From: Candidatus Saccharimonadota bacterium
GTDB taxonomy: Bacteria > Patescibacteriota > Saccharimonadia > Saccharimonadales > Saccharimonadaceae
NCBI GenBank assembly: GCA_017514975.1
Contig: JAFWIF010000014.1
Span: 52,070 to 116,069 of the forward strand
Reading direction: 5' to 3'
Length of the DNA: 64,000 nucleotides
Made by a program: the position numbers and the translations under genes. The notes under the pieces are model-generated. The model saw nothing but the letters and a program-made list of their open reading frames with translations. It had not been told where the DNA came from and did no database searches. Positions 27,534-36,834 of the stretch are shown piece after piece. How positions within the stretch are numbered: the stretch's first letter is position 1; the number at the start of each line of letters is the position of its first letter.

Positions 27534-30500
27534 TGCTTATTTTTAGCAAATACTTTACTGGAAACATAGATTGCGCATAGAGTAAATGCGCCGAACGCAG
27601 CAAGCAAGATGAGCGGTTTTTGATCTAAGGATACGCCAGTTATAACGGTCTCACCTTTATTGTTTATATATGTAACGCTTTGGTCTTCTTCTAATGGCTG
27701 TTTGGTGATAGTATTTCCCGTCGTAGTATCCCTAATAACACCGCCAGCCGTCTTGGCGATCTGATAACTCTCAGTGTATTCGGTGTCCGTTTCTACGATT
27801 GTGTATTTATAACCTCTGACGATATTTTTTATAGTCGCCGCTTCGTTGTGTTTGAGCTTGATAGTTGAGCCGTTATCGATTTCGGAAGACGAGCCATTTT
27901 TTTCTACGGTAAGCTTTCCTTCTAAAGGAGTATCATCGTCGTAAACAGTAATGCGATATTCAAATTCCCTATTAACGTCTGCCAAGCTACCGGTCACTTT
28001 CTTTTTGATAGTTAAATTATGTTTTATTTTTTCGTTTTGAATGTTTAAGGCGACTTCTTTTGTGGTGTTATTTCTCGCAATCACTACGGTTTTGTCCTCT
28101 ATCGATTGGTAATTTGCGGGAACTGCTTCGTGGAGAATATAGCTTCCTGCGGGAAGGTGCTCAAATTTAGCTTGCCCTAAGGTATCGGTATTTTTAGTGA
28201 CATTAAGCTCTTCGCCTAAATCGGAAGTTCCAGACAAAGTAAAGCTTACTCCAGACATCGCCTCACTGGTGTCTTTGTCCGTTTTATTAATCGTTAAATC
28301 ACCGTACGCTTTTGTGTTTGTTCTGGCCTCTTCTATGATGGGCATATAGTCGACTGATATAGAGTGGTTTTTGTGGACATCGTCAAAGACTACTCTGACC
28401 TTCTTAGGATTAACGCTGTCTTTGGTAAAGGTATATGTCTTGCCGCCAAAGACATAAGTAGCTACGCCGTCGCTAAACGATAGATTTTTAAACATTACGG
28501 TAATTCCATCAATTGTGATTTTTTCGATCTCCCAACCGTCGTCCGGTACCATAGCTAAGGTGTTTGAGTCGCCTATACCCATAGACACATCGCGCCGAAT
28601 TGGGCTCATTGAGCAATTGTCGAGATAATCATAGGCTTCGATATATAAATCGCCGCCAGTACCATGCGCCTGTTGAAGCCGAACGTAAACCGACGAATCG
28701 AACAAAGTTGTGCCGACGTTTCTAAGGTCATTTACCGTTGAACTACCAGTCCACCTTAGCGTAGAGCCTTTGGAGTCTAGAAGAACGGCAAACCCAGTAT
28801 CAAACGTACCGTTGTCAGCTCTTTTGGTGGTATATCTTTTTCCGCTTCGAGCAGCATAAGCGGTAGCATCTTGAATGGTTGAAAAACCGTTTGAGTTGTT
28901 ATTGGTTCCACCTATTTTTTTGCCAGCTTCGTCTCTCGTGCTGTGGTATGTAAAAGCGCTAAAGCGTATGCCGTCAGCATTTGATCCGTTAAACCTTCTC
29001 TCTGCATCGATCGCCATATCGCGCCCAAATACATAACCCTCGTAAATACTGCCAGTCATGCTTGCGTGGTCATACTTTGGAATTACGGCGAAACTTTTAG
29101 AACCAGATACAATCTCCATGCCCTCTGCATATTCGATGCCACCAGATCTCCTTCCCCAAACATTTTCGGCGCTTGCCAAATCTAAATCTTTAGCGGAATA
29201 CGAGATAATACCATCGACGGGATTATTGTTTTTATCTACCACCTGGATAGTAAATGTCTTAGAATTTCCTATGGCGTTGCGCATCTTGAACGTACCGTTC
29301 GCGGAATCAGTGTTTTTGTTGCTAGCGCTTGGGCTAAAAACGTACTGAGGCCATCTCATGGTTTCTCTACCGCCATTGTTAAACTCTATCTGAATGCTGC
29401 TGTTGAGGCTATTCGCATTTTCTTGGACGACATAGGGGACATTTTCGAGTTTATCAGTCGCCGATTCCATGGTCATTTCGTTAACCGTAAACACTACATC
29501 TCCGATTGACCCATCCGGCAATACGGCAGCATCATAATAAACAATCTGATAAATATATCCGTCTACGTCGTTGGTGATAACATTTTGTCCAGCATGTTCG
29601 CCAGTCTTATAATATGAGACTTTGGTGTTTCCATATTCTACTACGCTATCGTCGTTGTGCTCGGCGTCCGTAGTCGCGGTATCACCGTTGTTGATTAGCG
29701 CCGCATAGCCCTCGTCTGTTAACTGGCCAAATTCAGGAGTACCATATGCTCCTGGAGCGCCCACGCCTTTTATGTACGATTTTAATGACCCTAAATACGC
29801 AATCATACCATTATCGTCTGCGCGGCCCGTATATATATCGTCAGAAATCTTAGCTCCATCGACCCCGATTTCGCTATCGCCTTTTTTAACTAAATGGAAG
29901 GGGCTATTTTCTGGAAAAATGAGCGAGGCATTATTGAATTTGATTTTATTGCTGTTAATAAATACGTTTCCATACGGAAGAATTTTGGCAAAATCGTTAG
30001 GGTCAGAATCTAGATCTGTATGCGGTGGGCTGTTTTCTTGGATGGACGATTTTGCGTTCCCTCCAATATATAAGCCGCCATCAAGCTTTTTCTCATAATA
30101 GCTCTTGATAGTAGAATATGTCCCACTGTCGCTATCGTAATCATAGTATACATAATTTTCGTTGTTGTTATAGACTGCGCAAGCATCTTGGTTAGTTACG
30201 GTAGAGGAGCCCTCGTCTAGCGAAGAGCCGGTTGCATTAAAATTGACATCGTAGACCACGTCATCGAGTTCGTACCCAGACGGAGCTTCAATTTCTTGGT
30301 AATGATAGGCGCCAAGAGGTAAATCTTTAATCGTGTACTCACCGTTACCGTCAGTAGTAAACTCTGACTCTACCGACTGTCCGTCTAGCGTTTCTCCCCA
30401 GAAACGATATTTGGCGTTAGGGAGGAGAGTGTTATCGGTCGCGTCGCGTTTAGTTAATTTTAAGCTTCCTTTGGCCAAGTTATCTTCCATAACAACGGCA

Positions 30501-32398
30501 TCAAATGTTTCGCTTTGCTCTGTGTAGTTTTGTTTTGCTTCTTCACCGAGCGTCTCGTATGCTTTTTTGCTAATGACATCTCCTGTCTCGTTGTGCTTAT
30601 AGGTTGTGCGCGTTATGGTTTGGCCGCCCGACGTTATCTCGCCGTTGGACACCGTAAAGCTAACAGGGTTGGCCAATTTATATCCTGTCGGAGCAATCTT
30701 TTCGGCAAATTGGTATGTACCATTTTCTAGGAATAATTCGTAATACCCATCCACCGAACGAAATGACGCTACCGGCATTCCGCCTTGATTGATAATCATC
30801 CATGCATCTTCCAAGAAGTCTCCAGACTCTTTATCTACTTTGGCGAATTTGTATCTTGGCTTTATTTTATTTTTCATAATTACGGTCTTGTCGTCAACCT
30901 CTCCTTCGCCAATATATAATTTGCCATCACGCACAGAAAACTCTATGTCCTGCGCACCGCGATAACCGTTTGGTGCAGAAATCTCGTGAAGCGTATAGGT
31001 ACCGTCGGAAAGAGGCAGTACGTGTCCGCTACCATCCGTTTTCCATTGCGATTCTAATGAATTCCCTTCTAGCACCCTCATCACAGCATTAGACAGCGGC
31101 TCGCCATTTTCGTCGGTTAATTTGATAGTAATATCTACGGGATCTTGCGCGTTGACAAAGACGTGGGTTTTATCGGCGCTAAGCGTTCCGCTAGCCACAG
31201 ATAATCCTTTATCGCCATCGATACTATAAACATGCCACCCTGATGATTGAACCTCCTTAATCTCATATTCAAAGCCACTTGGGATATCGATTGTTTGATG
31301 GTTTTCCGAATTAGACTCTAGTGTAAACGTATATTCATTGTTGCCGCTAGGCGTTAAACCTTGGCGAGATAGGTCGACATAAGTCGTTGTTTCTGCTTGT
31401 GTTTTCCAGGCTTTTACTTTAAAAGTAAAATCTTGATCATGAAAGCCGCCCTTAGTCTTTTTTTCTACGGTTATTTTTTTACCAACATATTCGTTAGTGA
31501 AAGTCTTGGGGATGTTAGCCTGAACCGATTCGACTCGTAAACCGTTCAGCTCTATATCGCCAGCCCCGCTTAATCCCACCTGATAAGAAGAATTAGTTTC
31601 CGTTCCATTAAAAGTATAAGTATAACTATAAGGCACCCATCCGTCAGATTTATTTATAGTAATTGTTTTTGAAAAGATAGCCTTGCTCTGGCCGCTATCC
31701 CAAATTCTGATAAGGGCTTTTGCGGAATTATACGTCGAATCGACTGGGATTCTGACGTAGCCACTCAACATATATTCATTGCCATTTTTGTATGGTAGCT
31801 GGTTTTGCCCCCAATCTTTATTTCCGGTTGTATTGTTTAAGACTCTAAATACCGTTTCTTCATCAGTCGGCGTATCATTTAAAGAAACGATGCTTCCCGT
31901 ACCATTTCCGCCAGACCTAAGCGACCATCCACCAATAGGCCAAGTGTATCCGCCTAGGTGGTCGGCGTTTGGATTATTTGTATTCTTTAGAATGTTTTCG
32001 GTTGCGACAATGTTACCGTTGGCATCTCTGCTTACTTTGACGCTTATGTCGTAGCTATTAGGTGTGGCCCGGTATAACGGGTTGTCGTCTTCGGTTATCT
32101 TATAATAGTATATCTTTCCGACATCGGCATTTTTAAAAACAATCTTGTCGAAAGGAATGTTTTCGCCAATATTGCTCGTAGTGGTATTGGCCGGCAGGGG
32201 CCCGCCATTTGTACTACTAATGGTAAAATCGAACATGCCGTCTTCTAGGGTCTGACCGGTTAAGGCCTTGTTTAATGTTGGAGCCCACTCGACAGAAGTA
32301 GTACTAGCTCTAGCTTCAGAAGCGCCAAAAATGAAGCTGTTACACAACGCCAACAGCATGATAGCCAGACAGGCAAACCATGCTTTTTTATTCGCCAT
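27530..32398 (-). CDS. Giant (about 1622 aa) adhesin/pilin-like protein with isopeptide-type Ig domains, a CBM-like module and a large uncharacterised core
   Basis: AGGAGG lies 9 nt before the ATG at 32398. Signal peptide ...FGASEARA. FctA/Spy0128-like segment (GMFDFTISS...GKIYYYKITE), several SpaA/Cna-B-like repeats (GTYTLHEISAPNGY, GAYHYQEIEAPSGY, GSYILHEAVPANY). C-terminus VITGV plus TM plus KNKH. Confidence 0.7.
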   Translation of the reverse strand: MANKKAWFACLAIMLLALCNSFIFGASEARASTTSVEWAPTLNKALTGQTLEDGMFDFTISSTNGGPLPANTTTSNIGENIPFDKIVFKNADVGKIYYYKITEDDNPLYRATPNSYDISVKVSRDANGNIVATENILKNTNNPNADHLGGYTWPIGGWSLRSGGNGTGSIVSLNDTPTDEETVFRVLNNTTGNKDWGQNQLPYKNGNEYMLSGYVRIPVDSTYNSAKALIRIWDSGQSKAIFSKTITINKSDGWVPYSYTYTFNGTETNSSYQVGLSGAGDIELNGLRVESVQANIPKTFTNEYVGKKITVEKKTKGGFHDQDFTFKVKAWKTQAETTTYVDLSRQGLTPSGNNEYTFTLESNSENHQTIDIPSGFEYEIKEVQSSGWHVYSIDGDKGLSVASGTLSADKTHVFVNAQDPVDITIKLTDENGEPLSNAVMRVLEGNSLESQWKTDGSGHVLPLSDGTYTLHEISAPNGYRGAQDIEFSVRDGKLYIGEGEVDDKTVIMKNKIKPRYKFAKVDKESGDFLEDAWMIINQGGMPVASFRSVDGYYELFLENGTYQFAEKIAPTGYKLANPVSFTVSNGEITSGGQTITRTTYKHNETGDVISKKAYETLGEEAKQNYTEQSETFDAVVMEDNLAKGSLKLTKRDATDNTLLPNAKYRFWGETLDGQSVESEFTTDGNGEYTIKDLPLGAYHYQEIEAPSGYELDDVVYDVNFNATGSSLDEGSSTVTNQDACAVYNNNENYVYYDYDSDSGTYSTIKSYYEKKLDGGLYIGGNAKSSIQENSPPHTDLDSDPNDFAKILPYGNVFINSNKIKFNNASLIFPENSPFHLVKKGDSEIGVDGAKISDDIYTGRADDNGMIAYLGSLKSYIKGVGAPGAYGTPEFGQLTDEGYAALINNGDTATTDAEHNDDSVVEYGNTKVSYYKTGEHAGQNVITNDVDGYIYQIVYYDAAVLPDGSIGDVVFTVNEMTMESATDKLENVPYVVQENANSLNSSIQIEFNNGGRETMRWPQYVFSPSASNKNTDSANGTFKMRNAIGNSKTFTIQVVDKNNNPVDGIISYSAKDLDLASAENVWGRRSGGIEYAEGMEIVSGSKSFAVIPKYDHASMTGSIYEGYVFGRDMAIDAERRFNGSNADGIRFSAFTYHSTRDEAGKKIGGTNNNSNGFSTIQDATAYAARSGKRYTTKRADNGTFDTGFAVLLDSKGSTLRWTGSSTVNDLRNVGTTLFDSSVYVRLQQAHGTGGDLYIEAYDYLDNCSMSPIRRDVSMGIGDSNTLAMVPDDGWEIEKITIDGITVMFKNLSFSDGVATYVFGGKTYTFTKDSVNPKKVRVVFDDVHKNHSISVDYMPIIEEARTNTKAYGDLTINKTDKDTSEAMSGVSFTLSGTSDLGEELNVTKNTDTLGQAKFEHLPAGSYILHEAVPANYQSIEDKTVVIARNNTTKEVALNIQNEKIKHNLTIKKKVTGSLADVNREFEYRITVYDDDTPLEGKLTVEKNGSSSEIDNGSTIKLKHNEAATIKNIVRGYKYTIVETDTEYTESYQIAKTAGGVIRDTTTGNTITKQPLEEDQSVTYINNKGETVITGVSLDQKPLILLAAFGAFTLCAIYVSSKVFAKNKH

Positions 32399-32584
32399 AT
32401 ACAACTACCTCCTATTCCCTATGGTACTCTAAAAGTAACCATATCCTTTTAGATATTTTAGCACAGCAAGCGAATAGCACGCAAGTTGAAGTTGCGAAGA
32501 ACGGGCATATGAGCAGCTATGCGCATACTCTGGGCGCAAGAATTTTGCATTTTTTGAAGTTTTGCGGTATATTAGGTTATGATT

Positions 32585-32661
32585 GGGTCCGTAGCTCAGC
32601 TGGTTAGAGCACCTGCCTTTTAAGCAGGGTGTCGTGAGTTCAAGCCTCACCGGACTCACCA
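32585..32661 (+). tRNA. tRNA-Lys (anticodon TTT), CCA encoded
   Basis: GGGTCCG/CGGACTC acceptor, CCTGC-CTTTTAA-GCAGG anticodon arm, GTGAG-TTCAAGC-CTCAC T arm. Confidence 0.9.
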
Positions 32662-32682
32662 AGATTTAGTTATTAATACCGA

Positions 32683-32716
32683 AACAATCCCGCGCAATCG
32701 TGCGGGATTGTTTTTT
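32683..32716. terminator. Strong stem-loop terminator after tRNA-Lys, also facing the convergent small gene
   Basis: AACAATCCCGCGC-aatc-GTGCGGGATTGTT followed by TTTTTG. Confidence 0.65.
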
Positions 32717-32737
32717 GTTCTTTTACGACTAAGCTGT

Positions 32738-32995
32738 TTAACGTTTGCGTTTTTCGCTGCGATGATTAAGAATGGCGAGATTTACAAATGCGAATACGCT
32801 GATAGGAGATAGGATAACGATAGTTGAAAATGGTGAAAAATCTAAAGCTTTGGCGCCTTGAATTGAGGTATTGCGCGACACAGACAGCGCGTCGGCGTCC
32901 TGATGCTGTTTTGCAAAAAAGTCATAAAGTATACCGCTGGCAATCACCGAGGCTGCAAAGAATAGAAATAAGACGAGTGTTTTTTTACGCTTCAT
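32738..32995 (-). CDS. Small two-TM membrane protein, unknown function, carrying a degenerate copy of the surface-gene promoter cassette
   Basis: MKRKKTLVLFLFFAASVIA signal/TM and a C-terminal TM plus KRKR. The RBS is AAAGGAG. Confidence 0.5.
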   Translation of the reverse strand: MKRKKTLVLFLFFAASVIASGILYDFFAKQHQDADALSVSRNTSIQGAKALDFSPFSTIVILSPISVFAFVNLAILNHRSEKRKR

Positions 32996-33046
32996 AAGTT
33001 TGACTCCTTTTGTGTTTGTTTTGATCGCAGTTCTTGGGTTAGTTTT

Positions 33047-33075
33047 AGGTTACCAGACTATCGCTATTCCGTCAA
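33047..33075 (-). promoter_or_regulatory. Cassette copy 5 promoter (degenerate leader)
   Basis: TTGACG (33075..33070), 17 nt, TAACCT (33052..33047). The leader is the related CGATCAAAACAAACA. Confidence 0.4.
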
Positions 33076-33109
33076 CGCTTTTAGCGTCGAATCTTGGACC
33101 GGCAAAAGA

Positions 33110-34237
33110 CTAGTCGCTCGTGTCGACGTCTAGGGTAATGTTGACGGTGTATTTGCTGAAATGCCGTTGGACTGCATGGCAAATATCACGATAGATTGCG
33201 TCGCGGTTTTTGGCGCGAAAGTCGATAATAATATCAAAACTAAGCGTCTTGCGGCGCTCGTCTATGTAAAATCCGTGCATTTGCAAAACTTCGGGGTGCG
33301 AAAAGACGATTTGCTCGACGGTAGCTTTTGCCTTGGCGACACGCTGGTTGTTTGGATCGACCGAGTAGACACCGATTGTATGAAGCATGACGCCAAATTT
33401 GTCAGCGATGTTGCGGGTGATATTGCGCGATGTGTGGTCAATTTCTGCTGCCGTCATCGTGTCTGGTACTTCAATGTGAATCGAGCCGAGATATTTGTCT
33501 GGACCGTAGTCATTAAGCATTAAGTCAAAAGCGCCATGAACCTGTTTTTCTTTCAGTACCTCTCGTTTGATTGCGAGTGCTAATGAGCCATCGACTCTAG
33601 CGCCGAGGACTTTGGTGATAGATTCCCTGATTAAATCCAGACCGGTTTTGATAATAAGGATTGAGATTAGGATGCCGACGTAGGCTGCGAGGTTGACGTG
33701 AAACAGTAAATAAATAATAGTCGACGCGAGCACGGAGCTGGAAATGATTGCGTCATTGAGCGCATCGGCGCCACTGGCAATTAGAGAATCCGATTTGACG
33801 CGTTGGCCAGTTTTTTTGACATATAGTCCGAGAGTAAGTTTTACGATAATGCCGACTGTTAAGATAATAAGCGTAGTCGCATTATAATTTACTGCGTCTA
33901 GTGAAAAAATCTTTTTTATTGATTCAATTAAGGTAGTTACTCCAGCGTATAGCACAATTGTCGAAACCGCTAAAGCTGTTACGTACTCGATTCGCCCGTA
34001 GCCAAAAGGGTGTTTGCGATCTGGGGCTTTGCTGGCCAATTTTGCGCCAACAATCGTAATAATACCAGACAGAGCGTCGCTAAGATTATTGATAGCGTCA
34101 GATACGATTGCGATCGAATGAGCAAGGACGCCAACGGTAATTTTAAACCCAACTAAGACTATGTTAGTGACGATACTAATGAGGCTTGCCTTGACGACAA
34201 TCGTTTCACGAGAAGTAGCCATAGCGTCATTATACAC
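33110..34237 (-). CDS. Cation diffusion facilitator (CDF) family metal efflux transporter
   Basis: HSIAIVSDAINNLSDALS and DALNDAIISS TM motifs, plus a C-terminal cytoplasmic domain. Confidence 0.75.
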   Translation of the reverse strand: MYNDAMATSRETIVVKASLISIVTNIVLVGFKITVGVLAHSIAIVSDAINNLSDALSGIITIVGAKLASKAPDRKHPFGYGRIEYVTALAVSTIVLYAGVTTLIESIKKIFSLDAVNYNATTLIILTVGIIVKLTLGLYVKKTGQRVKSDSLIASGADALNDAIISSSVLASTIIYLLFHVNLAAYVGILISILIIKTGLDLIRESITKVLGARVDGSLALAIKREVLKEKQVHGAFDLMLNDYGPDKYLGSIHIEVPDTMTAAEIDHTSRNITRNIADKFGVMLHTIGVYSVDPNNQRVAKAKATVEQIVFSHPEVLQMHGFYIDERRKTLSFDIIIDFRAKNRDAIYRDICHAVQRHFSKYTVNITLDVDTSD

Positions 34238-34262
34238 TGGTTGACTATGCTAAAATAGCAAT

Positions 34263-35069
34263 ATGAAAAAAGTTCTATTCCCTGAAGCAAACAACGATTA
34301 TATTCGGGCTGCCGCAAAACAGCTAGAAGATGCGGTAGTCTGCGCACCGATTCTTGAAGCGCAATCGTTAAAGGATGCGTGCTTTGCTCTCAAAAACAAT
34401 CGCGCGGATGCGTTGGTGGCAGGAGTGGATTTTTCTTCGCGAGAGGTGATTTTGGCGTGTCGTGATGATCTTGGTTTGGCAAAAGAAGCGTATCGCGATG
34501 GAGAAGAGAAGCCTCTTTTTTCAAGTTTATTTGTGTGCGACTTTGCGTCTGGCTCAGCAGAGAAAAATCGTTATATTCTTGCCGACGGGGCCACTTGCAA
34601 AAATCCTACTGCGGCGCAGCTCGCACATATCGTTCAGCTAGTTCATGCGGCATCACTAAAACTACTCGACGATAAGCCGCGCATCGCGATTCTTTCGTTT
34701 TCGACCTTCGGTTCAGGCGGACGCGATCCGTCGATTGACAAAACAAAGGAGGCATTAGCGATTCTCCGTACAGAGTCTCCCGAAATAATCGTTGATGGCG
34801 AAATGCAGCTTGACGCCGCCGTAAATCCGCGCATAGCTGCGAAAAAAGGCCCAGATTCGCCAGTTGCTGGACGCGCTAATGTCCTGATTACGCCAGATTT
34901 GAATTCTGGAAATATTCTTTATAAGTCATTTGAGCAGTTCGCAGGTGCACGGGTTGCTGGTCCGATTTTGCTTGGCTTTGCGCAACCGGTGTCCGACTTA
35001 TCGCGTGGATCGACGGTAGAAGATATTGTCTTTACGACTGAATGTCTTTTGCGTCTTGCGAAGAACTAA
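34263..35069 (+). CDS. Phosphate acetyl/butyryl-transferase family protein (PTA_PTB), short form
   Basis: The C-terminal part reads ANVLITPDLNSGNILYKSFEQFAGARVAGPILLGFAQPVSDLSRG, typical of Pta. Confidence 0.65.
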   Translation: MKKVLFPEANNDYIRAAAKQLEDAVVCAPILEAQSLKDACFALKNNRADALVAGVDFSSREVILACRDDLGLAKEAYRDGEEKPLFSSLFVCDFASGSAEKNRYILADGATCKNPTAAQLAHIVQLVHAASLKLLDDKPRIAILSFSTFGSGGRDPSIDKTKEALAILRTESPEIIVDGEMQLDAAVNPRIAAKKGPDSPVAGRANVLITPDLNSGNILYKSFEQFAGARVAGPILLGFAQPVSDLSRGSTVEDIVFTTECLLRLAKN

Positions 35070-36834
35070 GTGCTTTGGCGATGTGAATCTGGTATTTTTT
35101 TGCGGTGCCGTGCTTGTCGGGATGGTAAAACTCGCCAATCTGCTCGCCGCCCAAGGCCTCGATTGTCTTCCAAGATGCGATATTGCTTTTCATAACATCT
35201 AAAACGACTTTTTTGAAGCCAAATTCCTGACATTTTTGTAAGCCTAGGTATAAATTGATTTTGTTGTAGCCTTTTCCGCGCTCGGTCGGTCGAATACTGT
35301 ATGATATGTTGCCGCCATATTTTTTGAGACGCTCGTTTAAATTTAGGCGAATATTGATCGCGCCAATAAGTCTATCATCGCTTTTTCTAACTAAGAAAAA
35401 CGTTTCTGCGGTAATATCTTCTGTGTCGTTCTGGCGCTTCTTATCGATACGTTGCTCCAGCCAAGCTTCGTAATCGCCATCAAATTCGTCGAGGCCCGCA
35501 AAGCCAATACTGGGCGACTCATACTCGCGAAATTCCTCAATCATCGCTAAGGCTTCAGGCTTCCTTTTTAGGCTAGGCGTTTCTAAATAGAATTGCTCGT
35601 GTGCGAGATTGTGCGATATTGCCTTTTGGTGCGCCTCTAGCTCGTCAATACGCCCGCGCATATCGCGCAATGTATTCATATAGTACAGAAAGGCATCGAA
35701 CGGCGAATCGTAGGGAGAGAAATAAGCGTGTACGTCACCATCACTAAAGTATTTCGTGCACATATAGTAAGGGTGATCACTGGTTTGCAGGCGACGCCAA
35801 TCTTCGGTGAGGCGGGGATTGTTAAGTTTTAGGACTGATTCTTTTAGGTCATAAATGCCCTTGAGTGCTTCGTGTTGCATCGAGTTGCCGAGCCAAGCCG
35901 TCAAGTCGCGTTCGGTGTCTGCCCATGTAACTGTCCACGGCATAGAAATTTCCGCCTTTGGTTCAGCGCTATCGCAAGCTTCCGAAACAGTTAGGAAATT
36001 GTTGTCACTATCTCGATCCCAACGATAGACGAGGTGCTCAAAAAACTCAAAAATACCCGTATCTTCCCAGATATTTTCACCAAAGGTCTCGAAGTCCATA
36101 AACAAATTGATCAGCGGCCCGCGCAAAGTTGCGGTTTCGAGCCATTGAATGTACTTATCTACCGTGAGCGGCCATTCTTTCCAGTTGCGATCCGAAAAAC
36201 GGAAAGCAATATCATCCGAAAGGCGGTAATTTTTGAGTAAAAGCTTAATATTTTTACAGCCTTCCGGTCGATAGACGAAGTTTGGACTGCGCCACTCTAA
36301 AACCTTGTCCCAGCCTTCTGCAAGAATGCCCTTCATGCCAAAATCATCAGCCCACCTCGCTAATTCATTGTTGTAAGACAACTCAGTATTGCGCAAAACG
36401 CGCGTTTCGACACCAAACAAATCGCGAATTTTGGCTTGGTGCTGGCGAATCTGCGCCTCGAACTCGGCGCGATCATAAAAGAAAGCCAAAGAATGATAGT
36501 AAGTCTCGGCGATAATTTCAACACGTCCGCTCGCAGTAAGGCGCTTGAGGGTTTCAATAATATCTGGCCCCCATGCCTCAGCTTGCTCAAGAAAAGTTCC
36601 GGTAATGGAAAGCGAGAATTTAAAACCTTCGTAAAGTTGGATGCACTTCTCTAATCGAGCCAACATCGGCCGATAAGACTTCTCGGCGACTTTCTTAAAA
36701 ATGCGCTCGTTGTTGGTGCCGGCATGCCAATCTTTGTCGTTCCAATAATCGTGGTCGTGTCCGACTTCAAAAATATTATAGTGTTTGACGCGATAAGGCT
36801 GATGCATGTGCATATAGAGAACAATAGAACGCAT
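35032..36834 (-). CDS. GH57 alpha-glucan-active enzyme fused to a C-terminal GNAT acetyltransferase module
   Basis: N-terminal LYMHMHQPYR and MDFETFGE GH57-type blocks. From residue about 415 (nt 35592 downward) a complete GNAT module resembles the stand-alone ORF at 55273..55875 (YSIRPTERGKGY versus YGIRPTERRKGY). Confidence 0.7.
   Translation of the reverse strand: MRSIVLYMHMHQPYRVKHYNIFEVGHDHDYWNDKDWHAGTNNERIFKKVAEKSYRPMLARLEKCIQLYEGFKFSLSITGTFLEQAEAWGPDIIETLKRLTASGRVEIIAETYYHSLAFFYDRAEFEAQIRQHQAKIRDLFGVETRVLRNTELSYNNELARWADDFGMKGILAEGWDKVLEWRSPNFVYRPEGCKNIKLLLKNYRLSDDIAFRFSDRNWKEWPLTVDKYIQWLETATLRGPLINLFMDFETFGENIWEDTGIFEFFEHLVYRWDRDSDNNFLTVSEACDSAEPKAEISMPWTVTWADTERDLTAWLGNSMQHEALKGIYDLKESVLKLNNPRLTEDWRRLQTSDHPYYMCTKYFSDGDVHAYFSPYDSPFDAFLYYMNTLRDMRGRIDELEAHQKAISHNLAHEQFYLETPSLKRKPEALAMIEEFREYESPSIGFAGLDEFDGDYEAWLEQRIDKKRQNDTEDITAETFFLVRKSDDRLIGAINIRLNLNERLKKYGGNISYSIRPTERGKGYNKINLYLGLQKCQEFGFKKVVLDVMKSNIASWKTIEALGGEQIGEFYHPDKHGTAKKYQIHIAKALSSSQDAKDIQS

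Noticed and set aside
32429-32662. A 77-aa minus-strand ORF
   Set aside because: It is antisense to tRNA-Lys and the promoter region, with no RBS, so it is an artefact.
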